Shown in pieces: positions 18,270 through 27,708 of a DNA stretch of 64,000 nt; position 1 is the first letter of the stretch; each line of letters starts with the position of its first letter. Both the position numbers and the translations under genes were made by a program. The stretch is from Deltaproteobacteria bacterium YD0425bin51. Its GTDB lineage: Bacteria; Desulfobacterota; Desulfobacteria; Desulfobacterales; YD0425bin51. The notes under the pieces were generated by a model. That model searched no databases and was not told the origin of the DNA. It worked only from the letters and a program-made list of their open reading frames with translations. Location: NCBI GenBank assembly GCA_002753225.1, contig PDZS01000021.1:4857-68856 (forward strand). The letters run 5' to 3'.

Positions 18270-18430
18270 GCATTATTTAAAATAGAATAACACTTTTAAC
18301 TTAATAATAACTTAATGTCAAGCTAATTTTAAAAAATTACTTATTGATATTATTTGTAATTGATATTATTGATATTTGTAGATGGATATGATAGGACTCG
18401 ATTTAAAATATAAATTTTGAGGTTTAAAAA

Positions 18431-19660
18431 ATGCCAGTATTTGAATATACAGCACTTGATGCAAAAGGAAAGACTATATCTGGAGTTGTTGACGCTGATA
18501 GCACTTCTTCTGCAAGGCAGAAACTTAGGGGCTCAAAAATATTTCCAATTTCACTTAAAGAACCTTCTGATTCCTATTTTGCAAAAAAAGAGACTAAAGG
18601 TTTCTCGAGATTTGCATCTCTTACAAGAATTAAAGCTTCTGAGATTTCTATGTTTACAAGGCAGCTATCTACTATAATGGGAGCCGGATTCCCTTTAGTC
18701 TCAGCTATTGATACTTTAATTCCTACTATAAAATCTCAAGCATTTAAAAGGATTTTATCCCGTATAAAAGATGCAATAGTTGAAGGGAAAAGCTTTGCCG
18801 CTTCTTTGTCAATATATCCTACCATTTTTTCATCTCTCTACATTAATATGGTTAGAGCTGGTGAAAGCTCTGGTACACTTGAAATTGTTCTAGAACGTTT
18901 AGCTGATATTACAGAAAATCAACAGGCACTAAATCATAAGGTTAAATCAGCAATGACTTATCCTATTTTTATGGGTATTATAGGTATGCTTGTTCTGTTT
19001 CTTTTAATGACTTTTGTTGTTCCTAGTATAACTTCTATATTTATAGAAATGAAGCAAACTCTTCCAAAACCAACTCTATTCCTCATTGCAACAAGTAAAT
19101 TTTTCAAAAGTTCTTGGTGGCTTATGATTCTTATAATGATTGGCATGATATTTTCCATTAAAGCTTTTAAAAAAACAAAAAAAGGACGCCTTTTTTATGA
19201 TAAAACTATGCTTTTTTCACCTGGTATAGGTACGTTAATTCAAAAATTAGCAGTAGCTAGGTTTACAAGAACTCTTGGATCTTTATTAGAAAATGGAATT
19301 CCTATGTTATCAGCTTTAGATATTGTTAAAAATATTGTTGGCAATGTTGTAATTTATAATGTTATAGAAGAATCAGCAAAAGAAGTTGGTAAAGGACGAA
19401 CTCTTTCTAGTTCTCTTTCTATTGGTAAGGCATTACCTTATCTTTCAATTCAAATGATTCAAGTTGGGGAACAAAGTGGTGAACTTGAAAAAATGTTAAA
19501 CAAAATTGCAGACGTTTATGAAGGTGAGGTTGAATCAACTATAATGGGCTTAACTTCTCTTTTAGAACCCATCATGATTCTTGTAATGGGCGTGATTGTT
19601 GCTTTTATAGTTCTTTCAATTTGTTTGCCAATAATTGAGATGAATCAGTTAGTAAGATAA
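18431..19660 (+). CDS. gspF: Type II secretion system inner-membrane platform protein GspF
   Basis: 409 aa. Typical N-terminus MPVFEYTALDAKGK..SG and two T2SSF repeats with three TM segments. Confidence 0.9.
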   Translation: MPVFEYTALDAKGKTISGVVDADSTSSARQKLRGSKIFPISLKEPSDSYFAKKETKGFSRFASLTRIKASEISMFTRQLSTIMGAGFPLVSAIDTLIPTIKSQAFKRILSRIKDAIVEGKSFAASLSIYPTIFSSLYINMVRAGESSGTLEIVLERLADITENQQALNHKVKSAMTYPIFMGIIGMLVLFLLMTFVVPSITSIFIEMKQTLPKPTLFLIATSKFFKSSWWLMILIMIGMIFSIKAFKKTKKGRLFYDKTMLFSPGIGTLIQKLAVARFTRTLGSLLENGIPMLSALDIVKNIVGNVVIYNVIEESAKEVGKGRTLSSSLSIGKALPYLSIQMIQVGEQSGELEKMLNKIADVYEGEVESTIMGLTSLLEPIMILVMGVIVAFIVLSICLPIIEMNQLVR

Positions 19661-19697
19661 GTAATATAAACTTATAATTAAAGGAGTAAAAAAAATA

Positions 19698-20144
19698 ATG
19701 CTTAAAAGAAAAACTAAATCAAAAGGTTTTACACTTATTGAACTTATGGTAGTTATTGTTATACTAGGAATTTTAGCAGGACTGATTGTTCCAAGAATAA
19801 TGGGTCGTCCTGAAGAAGCAAAAAAGCTTAAAGCAAAAATGATTATAGAAAGCTTGGAAACTGCTTTAAAAATGTATAAGCTAGATACAGGATCATATCC
19901 TACAACAGAACAAGGTCTTCAGGCTCTGATTGATCAACCTGCTGGAGTTAAGAATTGGCGTAAAGGAGGCTACCTTGAAAAAAATAAAGTCCCAAAAGAT
20001 CCATGGGATAATGATTTTATTTATATATGTCCTGGAACTCATGGTGAATACGATATAGTGTCATATGGATCAGATAGCGCGCCAGGTGGTGATGAAGGTA
20101 ATAAGGATATTACCAACTGGGAAACTGAAGAAAGTAAATCTTAA
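19698..20144 (+). CDS. gspG: T2SS major pseudopilin GspG
   Basis: Prepilin leader [10 protein letters not shown]|[17 protein letters not shown]. Also the GspG core [20 protein letters not shown] and PKDPWDNDF. Confidence 0.9.
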   Translation: MLKRKTKSKGFTLIELMVVIVILGILAGLIVPRIMGRPEEAKKLKAKMIIESLETALKMYKLDTGSYPTTEQGLQALIDQPAGVKNWRKGGYLEKNKVPKDPWDNDFIYICPGTHGEYDIVSYGSDSAPGGDEGNKDITNWETEESKS

Positions 20145-20145
20145 T

Positions 20146-20652
20146 ATGTTTTTAAATAAAAGCGGGTTTACGTTGATGGAACTTATGATTGTTATAGTTC
20201 TAATCAGCATGATGTTATTTATTTCTGTTCCTAAATTTCAAGATGCCCTGTTAAATGATAACACTAAGAAATCATGCCGCTTTATAATAGGTAAGATTCA
20301 GACTTTAAAAGAAGCTTCCATGCGTGAGCAAAGTGAATATATTCTTCGTATTGGAGTTACGGATGGAAGCTTAATAGCAACAAAAATATCATCTGATGAC
20401 AGCACAGCCTCAAGCAGTATTCCGCAAAATACTTACAAACTGCCTGGGAATGTAAAGATTATAGATGTGGAATATCCAGATGGAAAAAAAATATCTCAAG
20501 GAGAGGCTGAAATAAAATTTTATCCAAAAGGTTATTCAAACAAGGCTATTATTCATTTAAAAGGTGAAGATGATCAACAAATTTCCTTTTTTATTGAGCC
20601 TTTTTTATCAACTGTTAGACTTGTGCAAAGTTACAAAAGTTTTGAAAATTAA
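20146..20652 (+). CDS. gspH: T2SS minor pseudopilin GspH
   Basis: Start trimmed to ATG 20146, 1 nt after the gspG stop. This gives the leader MFLNKSG|FTLMELMIVIV. Positional assignment. Confidence 0.7.
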   Translation: MFLNKSGFTLMELMIVIVLISMMLFISVPKFQDALLNDNTKKSCRFIIGKIQTLKEASMREQSEYILRIGVTDGSLIATKISSDDSTASSSIPQNTYKLPGNVKIIDVEYPDGKKISQGEAEIKFYPKGYSNKAIIHLKGEDDQQISFFIEPFLSTVRLVQSYKSFEN

Positions 20653-21028
20653 TAATAAAGGTTTTACTCTGCTTGAAACAATGGTAGCTTTAGCAATAAT
20701 ATCAATTGCACTAGTTAGTATTTATAGGCTACAATCCCAAACAATTTCAATGACTAATGCTACAAAATTTTATGCTATAGCTCCAATGCTTGCTCAAAAA
20801 AAAATATCAGAAATTGAAATAAACAAAGATATAAATGCAAACGGTACTGGAGATTTTGGAGATTCATTTTCTGGATATAAGTTTAATGTATCTGTTAGTA
20901 GTGTAACTTCTGATATTCTTGGAGATGCATCAGATAAACTAAGACAAATTGATATTAAAATAATTTTTAATAATGAAGAATTTATATACAATGTCAAAAC
21001 CTATCGATTTATTGAAGAAAAATATTAA
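20642..21028 (+). CDS. gspI: T2SS minor pseudopilin GspI (probable TTG start)
   Basis: TTG at 20642 gives a canonical leader M-KINNKG|FTLLETMVALAIISIAL. The track start (GTG 20564) would add 26 residues and overlap gspH by 89 nt. Confidence 0.65.
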   Translation: MKINNKGFTLLETMVALAIISIALVSIYRLQSQTISMTNATKFYAIAPMLAQKKISEIEINKDINANGTGDFGDSFSGYKFNVSVSSVTSDILGDASDKLRQIDIKIIFNNEEFIYNVKTYRFIEEKY

Positions 21029-21701
21029 AACCTATGGTTTTACATTGATTGAAATTGTAATTGCTACCTTTCTTTTAAGCATAATTGTTACAACAATATT
21101 TGGCTCTTATCGTGTAGTTTTCAGTAATGTTGATATTATTGAAAAAGGGATTGATTATAGAGAGATGGGACAAAATTGTCTAAATAGAATGCTTGCAGAT
21201 TTTAATTCTTTATATGTACTTATGCCGCCTCTTTATAAACCTCCTGATTTTAATGCAGAACCATCTCCATATAGATTTGTTGGAGAAGTTTCCCATATTG
21301 GAAACAATAATTTTCCTAAAATAAGATTTGCGTCCTTTGCACATGTTCCTCTTTCTGAAGAGAAGAAGGGAGGAATTGCAGAAATTGTTTATTATGTATC
21401 TGAAGTAGAAGATGGAAAATATGTTTTAAGAAGATCTGATAAATTAGAACCTTTTGAACCTTTTCAAGAAAAAAAAAGCGATCCCATAATTTGTGAAGAG
21501 ATTAAATCATTTAATGTTAAATATTTTGGTCAAGATGGCAAGGAACAGGATGATTGGGACTCTGAGACCTATAATTTTGAATATACAACACCAGTCTCTG
21601 TTAGCATAAAACTTGAAATTGGGACAGATTTTATTCCTTTTTCTATAGAAACTATTATTATGCTTCCAATATATAGAGAAAAAGTTGCGAAAACTGAGTA
21701 A
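20973..21701 (+). CDS. gspJ: T2SS minor pseudopilin GspJ (start uncertain: 20973, 20991 or TTG 21012)
   Basis: Prepilin motif YG|FTLIEIVIATFLLSII, about 230 aa. TTG 21012 would give the leader M-KKNIKTYG. Confidence 0.7.
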   Translation: MKNLYTMSKPIDLLKKNIKTYGFTLIEIVIATFLLSIIVTTIFGSYRVVFSNVDIIEKGIDYREMGQNCLNRMLADFNSLYVLMPPLYKPPDFNAEPSPYRFVGEVSHIGNNNFPKIRFASFAHVPLSEEKKGGIAEIVYYVSEVEDGKYVLRRSDKLEPFEPFQEKKSDPIICEEIKSFNVKYFGQDGKEQDDWDSETYNFEYTTPVSVSIKLEIGTDFIPFSIETIIMLPIYREKVAKTE

Positions 21702-22814
21702 ATGTCAAAAAAATTATTAAAAAATAATCGCGGCATAGCAATACTTATAGTAATAACAATAATTACTCTTCTTATGGCAGTAGCCATTGAACTTAATAGA
21801 AAAGTTAGGACCGCTGTAATGTTAACTGGAACAAACAGAGATAATTTAACACTTTTTTATATGGCTTCTTCTGGAATACATGCAGCAATTGCTATTCTTA
21901 TTAAAGATAAGGGGGAATCTGAATTTGATTCATTGTTAGAAGATTGGGCAAATCCTTCTAAAATTGAAGAAGTATTATCAACAATGAATTTTGAAAATGG
22001 TAAAGTTACATTTAAAATAACTGATGAAATGTCTAAAATTCAGGTTAATGCATTGGCTGATCCTCCAGAAGGTAAAAATTTCAATGAACCACAAAAAGCT
22101 ATGTGGGATCGTTGCATTAGACTTATTGTGTCTAAAAATGAGGTTTTAAAAAATGCTGATGTTGATATAACAGGAATAATAAATTGTGTTAAAGACTGGA
22201 TTGATAAAGATGACATTATAACAGGTTTAAATGGAGCTGAATCAGAATATTACAAAGGGCTTACTCCTCCTTATTCTCCAAGAAATGCCCCAATATTATA
22301 TTTAGAGGAGTTAAAACTTATTAAAGAATTTAGAGAAGAATTTTTTTTGATTGGTGAAAAAAGTATTTCAAATTATATGACAGTATATGGTATAGCAAGC
22401 GATGATAAAAAAGAAGATAAAAAAGAAGGACCACCACCGCCACCTGATGATGATGAGAAAAAAAAAGGAGTGAAATATGATGGCAAAATAAATATTAACA
22501 CAGTTGATTTACCTGTACTTATTGCAATGGTACCTTCTGAAAATATAGATATTGCTCGTTCAATTTATGATTATCGCCAAGAGGCTGCAAAAAATATCGA
22601 CTTTTCAAATCCTACATGGTATAAAAACGCTCCAGGCGCAACTGATATTGTAATTGACCCAAAGATTATAACAACTTCAAGTAATTACTTTGCAATTGAA
22701 TCAACGGCAACCATTGGTCAAATGAAAACGACGTTAAACGCAGTTGTTAAAAGAGAAAAAGATAAAAAAACTGATAAAATAAAATGTAACATATTGTTTT
22801 TAAAAGTTGAATAA
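21702..22814 (+). CDS. gspK: T2SS minor pseudopilin GspK
   Basis: N-terminus NNRGIAILIVITIITLLMAVAIEL without the conserved Glu+5. HhH-like INTVDLPVLIAMVP. 370 aa. Confidence 0.8.
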   Translation: MSKKLLKNNRGIAILIVITIITLLMAVAIELNRKVRTAVMLTGTNRDNLTLFYMASSGIHAAIAILIKDKGESEFDSLLEDWANPSKIEEVLSTMNFENGKVTFKITDEMSKIQVNALADPPEGKNFNEPQKAMWDRCIRLIVSKNEVLKNADVDITGIINCVKDWIDKDDIITGLNGAESEYYKGLTPPYSPRNAPILYLEELKLIKEFREEFFLIGEKSISNYMTVYGIASDDKKEDKKEGPPPPPDDDEKKKGVKYDGKININTVDLPVLIAMVPSENIDIARSIYDYRQEAAKNIDFSNPTWYKNAPGATDIVIDPKIITTSSNYFAIESTATIGQMKTTLNAVVKREKDKKTDKIKCNILFLKVE

Positions 22815-22816
22815 AT

Positions 22817-24259
22817 ATGAGCAGAAAAATAATTGGATTAGATATTAGAGCAGATGTTTTGTGCGCAGTTTCAGTAAGAAATAGTTTCAAAGGAAACTGG
22901 ATAGACGCATGTGAATTTGTTGAAATATCAAAAGAAATTGAAAATGGTTTTGAAGTTGCTCTTAAGACTATGATGGATAAATTAGATTTTAGTTCAGCAT
23001 ACTGTATTGCATCTTTTCCTGCTGATCAAATATCTTATAGAAATGTAACAATTCCTTTTGGTGACCCTAAAAAAATTAGACAAGTACTCCCTTTTGAATT
23101 AGAGCCAATGCTCCCTTTTCAAATAGATACCATGCTTGTTGATTTCCACACTAATAAAACACCTGAACAAACAAATACTGATATTATTGCAGCAAGCATA
23201 GAAAAATCAAAATTTTCTTTGTATATATCTGTACTTCAATCACTTAAAATTGAACCTGAAATTATTACAATAGCTGGGTATACTACTGCTCTTTGTCTTA
23301 TAAATCTTACGGATCTACCAGATAAGGTACTTTTTGTTGATATTGAAAACAAAAATTGTACAATTTTTGTAATCATGAACCGCCAAATATCTCTAATAAG
23401 GTCTTTTCCTGTAAGCGATAACCCTACTCTTAAAGTGGAATCTATTTCTAAAAATATCAAACGAACCATTTCTGCATTTGAAGAAACTTTAAGTAATGAA
23501 ATCCAAATAGATATAGTTATCATTACTGGACATGGTTTAGGTGACCAAAGTTTTGAGCATGAAATGACAAAATCTTTGGAATTGCCTGTTGAGCGCTTAG
23601 ATGGTATTCGAGATATAAATCTTATTATTCATAATACAAAGGCTTCAGCATGGGTGCCTGAAAAAATGGATAATGCCCTTGCATTATCATGTACTGAAAT
23701 TGCAAATATAAGCACAATTAATTTCAGAAGGGGTGAATTTGCACCAAAAACACAATGGGCTTTATATAAAAAAGATTTTATTAAAATAGCTGCGATGTTT
23801 TTAGTTGTTTTAGTGCTTATGTTTTCAAATCTTATCATAAGCACTTATACAATGGAAAAAACATTAAAAAATTTAAAAAATCAAATCTATACTACTTTTA
23901 GAACTTCTTTTCCAGAAGTAAAAAATATTGTTGATCCTATCCAGCAAATGAAGTTAAAAATTGAAGAAAACAAAAAAAAATCATTGCTTCCAATAGAATC
24001 AGAAACTAATATTAAATCTATTGATATTCTTCAGGTAATAAGCGTATATATTCCAATTGTAATAGATGTGGATATGGATAGATTGGTTTCCGGTCCTGAA
24101 AATGTAATAATATCAGGAAGCACTGATACCTTCAATTCTGTTAATGATATAAAAAATAGACTTGAGCAGGCAGATATGTTTAAAAAGGTTACAATTACCA
24201 ATGCTGACCAATCAGGAAATCGTGTTAATTTTAAACTTACTATTGATCTGAAAATTTAG
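22817..24259 (+). CDS. gspL: T2SS assembly protein GspL (PilM-like cytoplasmic domain plus TM plus periplasmic domain)
   Basis: 480 aa. Actin/PilM-like start KIIGLDIRADVLCAV and a central TM segment IKIAAMFLVVLVLMFSNLII. Lies between gspK and gspM. Confidence 0.7.
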   Translation: MSRKIIGLDIRADVLCAVSVRNSFKGNWIDACEFVEISKEIENGFEVALKTMMDKLDFSSAYCIASFPADQISYRNVTIPFGDPKKIRQVLPFELEPMLPFQIDTMLVDFHTNKTPEQTNTDIIAASIEKSKFSLYISVLQSLKIEPEIITIAGYTTALCLINLTDLPDKVLFVDIENKNCTIFVIMNRQISLIRSFPVSDNPTLKVESISKNIKRTISAFEETLSNEIQIDIVIITGHGLGDQSFEHEMTKSLELPVERLDGIRDINLIIHNTKASAWVPEKMDNALALSCTEIANISTINFRRGEFAPKTQWALYKKDFIKIAAMFLVVLVLMFSNLIISTYTMEKTLKNLKNQIYTTFRTSFPEVKNIVDPIQQMKLKIEENKKKSLLPIESETNIKSIDILQVISVYIPIVIDVDMDRLVSGPENVIISGSTDTFNSVNDIKNRLEQADMFKKVTITNADQSGNRVNFKLTIDLKI

Positions 24260-24270
24260 GATTAAGTTAT

Positions 24271-24810
24271 ATGATTGATTTTAAATCCATTAAACTAAGC
24301 AAAAGAGATATGTTAGCCATTTATTTTGGTGTTGGATCGTTAATACTATTTATTTTATTTCAGTTTATTATTTATCCATTAATTGACAAAGAAAAACGGC
24401 TTTTAAAAGATATTAATGCAAAGACTAAAATTTTAGAAGAAGTTCAAAAATTAAAATCTGAATATGATGTTATATTGAAAAAAGAAGAACTCTTAAAAGA
24501 GCGCTTTTCTAAAAGAAAACAGGGTTTTACTCTTTTTTCTTTTGTTGACTCTCTAGCTGGTGTAACTGGTATTAAAGATAATATATCATACATGAAACCT
24601 TCTTCAACAACACCTAAAGATAGTCAATATAAAATATCATCTGTTGAGATGAAAATACAGAGCTTAACAATGGATCAACTTACTAATTATTTATATAAGA
24701 TTGAAGCATCAGATAACATGGTAACAGTTAAAAGAATTTCAATTTCTCAGAATAGCAAAGATGAAAATTTCATTGATGCTATACTCCAAATTGAAACTAT
24801 AGAAGTATAA
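24271..24810 (+). CDS. gspM: T2SS protein GspM
   Basis: 179 aa with one N-terminal TM segment followed by a coiled coil. Assignment is positional and topological. Confidence 0.6.
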   Translation: MIDFKSIKLSKRDMLAIYFGVGSLILFILFQFIIYPLIDKEKRLLKDINAKTKILEEVQKLKSEYDVILKKEELLKERFSKRKQGFTLFSFVDSLAGVTGIKDNISYMKPSSTTPKDSQYKISSVEMKIQSLTMDQLTNYLYKIEASDNMVTVKRISISQNSKDENFIDAILQIETIEV

Positions 24811-24814
24811 AAAT

Positions 24815-25684
24815 ATGGATAATACACCTAAATGGACATTTTATTTGTTTTATATTATTATAACAACCTTTGCTTTTCTCTATATCCTTTTCCCTTCAGA
24901 AGCAGCGAAGAAATATATTGCATATAATTTAAAAAAATCTAACCCTGATTTGAGTATTAATATTAACAACGTTAAACCTACATTTCCTCCAGGACTCCAA
25001 CTAAAAGGAGTTTCACTTTTTCATTTAAAAGATTTACTCTTTGGAAGTGAAGATATAAAAGTAAAACCAGCATTAATTTCATTTTTTAAACCCCCAGTTA
25101 CTTTTGTATATAAAGGAAGAGGTTATCAAGGTACTTTTAATGGCGATCTTTATTTAAAGGGCAATGTACCACAAACTCAATTTGTTGTAGATTTTAGAAT
25201 GAATCATATTCAGATAAGCGAAATTCCAGCAGTACATTGGTTATCCGACTATAAGATCTCTGGTTTTTTAAATGGAAAATCTACCTTTGACAGTAGCAAA
25301 GGTGAGACAGGGATTTTAGACGCAAAACTCCAATTGTCAGAAGGTAAAATAAAACTCCTTGCATCCAAGTATAATATCGAAACACTTAATTTTCAAAATA
25401 TAGAAGGTGATGTTGAAATTAATATGCCCAAAATTAATATAAAAAGAAGTCAGATTAATGGCGAACAAGTAAGTGGAAGCATAACAGGCGAATTAATTAT
25501 TAATGCACCTTTTTCCCAAAGTGGCTTAAATATTTCAGGAACAGTTATCCCTCATGCTTCATTTTTAAAGGAACTTTCAAAAGTTTTTCCTGTGGAGAGT
25601 TTTTTATCTAAAAAAAGCGGGGGAATGGGCTTTTCTTTTAAAATAGAAGGTACACTAGAAAAACCAAAATTTTCTCTACTATAA
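24815..25684 (+). CDS. gspN: T2SS protein GspN-like
   Basis: 289 aa, N-terminal TM anchor, beta-rich periplasmic part. Last gene of the gsp series (positional). Confidence 0.5.
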   Translation: MDNTPKWTFYLFYIIITTFAFLYILFPSEAAKKYIAYNLKKSNPDLSININNVKPTFPPGLQLKGVSLFHLKDLLFGSEDIKVKPALISFFKPPVTFVYKGRGYQGTFNGDLYLKGNVPQTQFVVDFRMNHIQISEIPAVHWLSDYKISGFLNGKSTFDSSKGETGILDAKLQLSEGKIKLLASKYNIETLNFQNIEGDVEINMPKINIKRSQINGEQVSGSITGELIINAPFSQSGLNISGTVIPHASFLKELSKVFPVESFLSKKSGGMGFSFKIEGTLEKPKFSLL

Positions 25685-25691
25685 AAAAATA

Positions 25692-27194
25692 ATGCGGATT
25701 TCAAGTTTTTTTATTATCATAGTTTTTTTGTTTCAAGCTTTTTTTGCCTATGGTGATTATAAACTGGAATTTAAAAGAGCTGACTCTTTTCTTAAAAATG
25801 GAATGTATCAAGAAGCCATATCAACTTATTATAAAATAAGTGATACTTCTAATGATAAAAATACTAAAGCCCTTGCATTATTGCTTTTAGGAAATACTTA
25901 TAATCTTTATTTAGACCAGCCTGATGCTGCTTTAAGACAATTTGAATATCTCTCTAACCTTTATCCAAATACACCTTCTTCAGAAGATGCTCTTTTTAAT
26001 AGCGCTATAATTTTTTATGAAATAGGCGATTATCAAAAAGCATACAGTTATTTTAATAATTATTTAAATAAATATCCTGCTACTAACATACGGACTAAAA
26101 CTGCAATTCTTTTTGGAGAAAAATCGAAACAAAAGATATCTAATGCTTTTGGTATTTATGATATGATAATGAGGGTTTTATTAAAAGAAGGTGTTAATTC
26201 TTTAGTAATTAATTCAGAAAAAAATATATATGTTAATGAAAAGATTTATATATGTCCAATAAAAATTACTAAGTCAGGTGATTTTATAGTTATAAATGGA
26301 GAAAAAATTTCCTCTAAAACTTGCCAAATTTTATCTCAAGGTATTTCAACAATTATAGACAATGAAAATTTTAGAGGTTCTTTCATCATATATATTGATG
26401 AAAAAGGGCTTTCAATAATAAATTATGTACCTATTGAACAATATTTATATGGAGTTGTGCCTAAAGAAATGTCTTATAGCTTTGCAAAACACGCATTAAT
26501 GGCTCAAGCAATTGCAGCTCGTACATATGCCTTCTATGTTAAAGGAAAAAGTCTTGATAAGAAATATGATATTTCTGCCACCACTTCTATGCAAGTTTAT
26601 GGAGGTTTTAATATAGAAAAAAAAGAAACAAATCTTGCGGTTGACTTAACACATGGCCAAATTATGGTATATGATGGAAAACCTATTGCTGCATATTTTC
26701 ATTCGAATAGTGGAGGACATACAGAAGACGCAAAAAATGTATGGAGTGCTAACATACAGTATTTAAAAGGAATACCTGATAAATTTAGTAAAGACATTCT
26801 AAATAGTGCATGGGAATGCAAATTTACACTTAATGATATAAGAGATAAATTAAATTCTTATGGATTTAATATTAAACAAATTAAGGCAATTAAATTATTA
26901 GATAAATCAAAATCAGGAAGAGTTACAAAAATTCTAGTTACATCAGAAAAAGAAGACATTATAATTACTGGTAATAATTTCAGATTAGCAATGAATCCAA
27001 CAATAATTAAAAGCCTTTTGTTTAAGATGGAAAAAGTTAAAGATTTTGTTGTTTTTAAGGGTATAGGATATGGTCATGGTGTTGGAATGAGTCAATGGGG
27101 AGCACGCAAAATGGCTGAAGCCAAATACAATTATAAAAGTATTTTAGGATATTATTATAAAGGAATTAAAATTATAACTCTGAAAAGTATTTAA
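25692..27194 (+). CDS. SpoIID/LytB-domain protein with N-terminal signal peptide and TPR region
   Basis: SpoIID motifs AQAIAARTYA, FHSNSGGHTEDA and GHGVGMSQWGA. TPR-like N-terminal ~130 aa. Starts 7 nt after gspN. Confidence 0.8.
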   Translation: MRISSFFIIIVFLFQAFFAYGDYKLEFKRADSFLKNGMYQEAISTYYKISDTSNDKNTKALALLLLGNTYNLYLDQPDAALRQFEYLSNLYPNTPSSEDALFNSAIIFYEIGDYQKAYSYFNNYLNKYPATNIRTKTAILFGEKSKQKISNAFGIYDMIMRVLLKEGVNSLVINSEKNIYVNEKIYICPIKITKSGDFIVINGEKISSKTCQILSQGISTIIDNENFRGSFIIYIDEKGLSIINYVPIEQYLYGVVPKEMSYSFAKHALMAQAIAARTYAFYVKGKSLDKKYDISATTSMQVYGGFNIEKKETNLAVDLTHGQIMVYDGKPIAAYFHSNSGGHTEDAKNVWSANIQYLKGIPDKFSKDILNSAWECKFTLNDIRDKLNSYGFNIKQIKAIKLLDKSKSGRVTKILVTSEKEDIIITGNNFRLAMNPTIIKSLLFKMEKVKDFVVFKGIGYGHGVGMSQWGARKMAEAKYNYKSILGYYYKGIKIITLKSI

Positions 27195-27708
27195 TATTTT
27201 CATCATTATTTAAAATTCCTAAACGTTTTGCAACATCAATTGAAAAAGTAGCAAATGTGCCTTTTGATTTTGCACACAGTACACCTTTTTGATTGTAAAG
27301 GTTACCTTCTGCAATTGCTTCTTTATCATTTTTTATTTCTAAAATTTTCCCTTCAATGGCCAAATTATCGTTTATATAAACAGGCTTTAAAAAATCTACT
27401 GTTATAGATTTAGTTAAGATCACTTTTTTTAAAAGATATATTGTTGTCCAGCTCATAATTTCATCTAAAATAGTTGATATTATACCGCCATGAACTAACT
27501 TATCCCATCCGCATAAATTTTCTGGAACATTGAGCCATGATACAACAGTAATATCATCACTATAAAACTTCATGTGTAGACCGCATGGATTAGATTCGCC
27601 GCATCCAAAGCATTTATGATCATTACCTCTGTCAGGCAATGTTTTATATTCAGAAGGCAACTTCAAAGGCATTTTTAATAATATCCATAAATATTTTTTC
27701 TTGTTCAA
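27172..27708 (-). CDS. PaaI/hotdog-fold thioesterase with N-terminal Zn-finger-like CxxC (likely true start ATG 27672)
   Basis: Carries CFGCGESNPCGLHMKF and HGGIISTILDE, typical of PaaI-family thioesterases. The track start is TTG 27708. ATG 27672 reduces the overlap with yraN. Confidence 0.7.
   Translation of the reverse strand: MNKKKYLWILLKMPLKLPSEYKTLPDRGNDHKCFGCGESNPCGLHMKFYSDDITVVSWLNVPENLCGWDKLVHGGIISTILDEIMSWTTIYLLKKVILTKSITVDFLKPVYINDNLAIEGKILEIKNDKEAIAEGNLYNQKGVLCAKSKGTFATFSIDVAKRLGILNNDENIKYFSEL

Noticed and set aside
18417-18677. 86-aa plus-strand ORF overlapping the gspF start in another frame
   Set aside because: The GspF frame from 18431 gives a canonical, full-length GspF. 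The alternative frame has no homology-like features.
20065-20145. 5' extension of gspH from ATG 20065, inside gspG
   Set aside because: It would add 27 residues ahead of a perfect prepilin leader. ATG 20146 directly follows the gspG stop.
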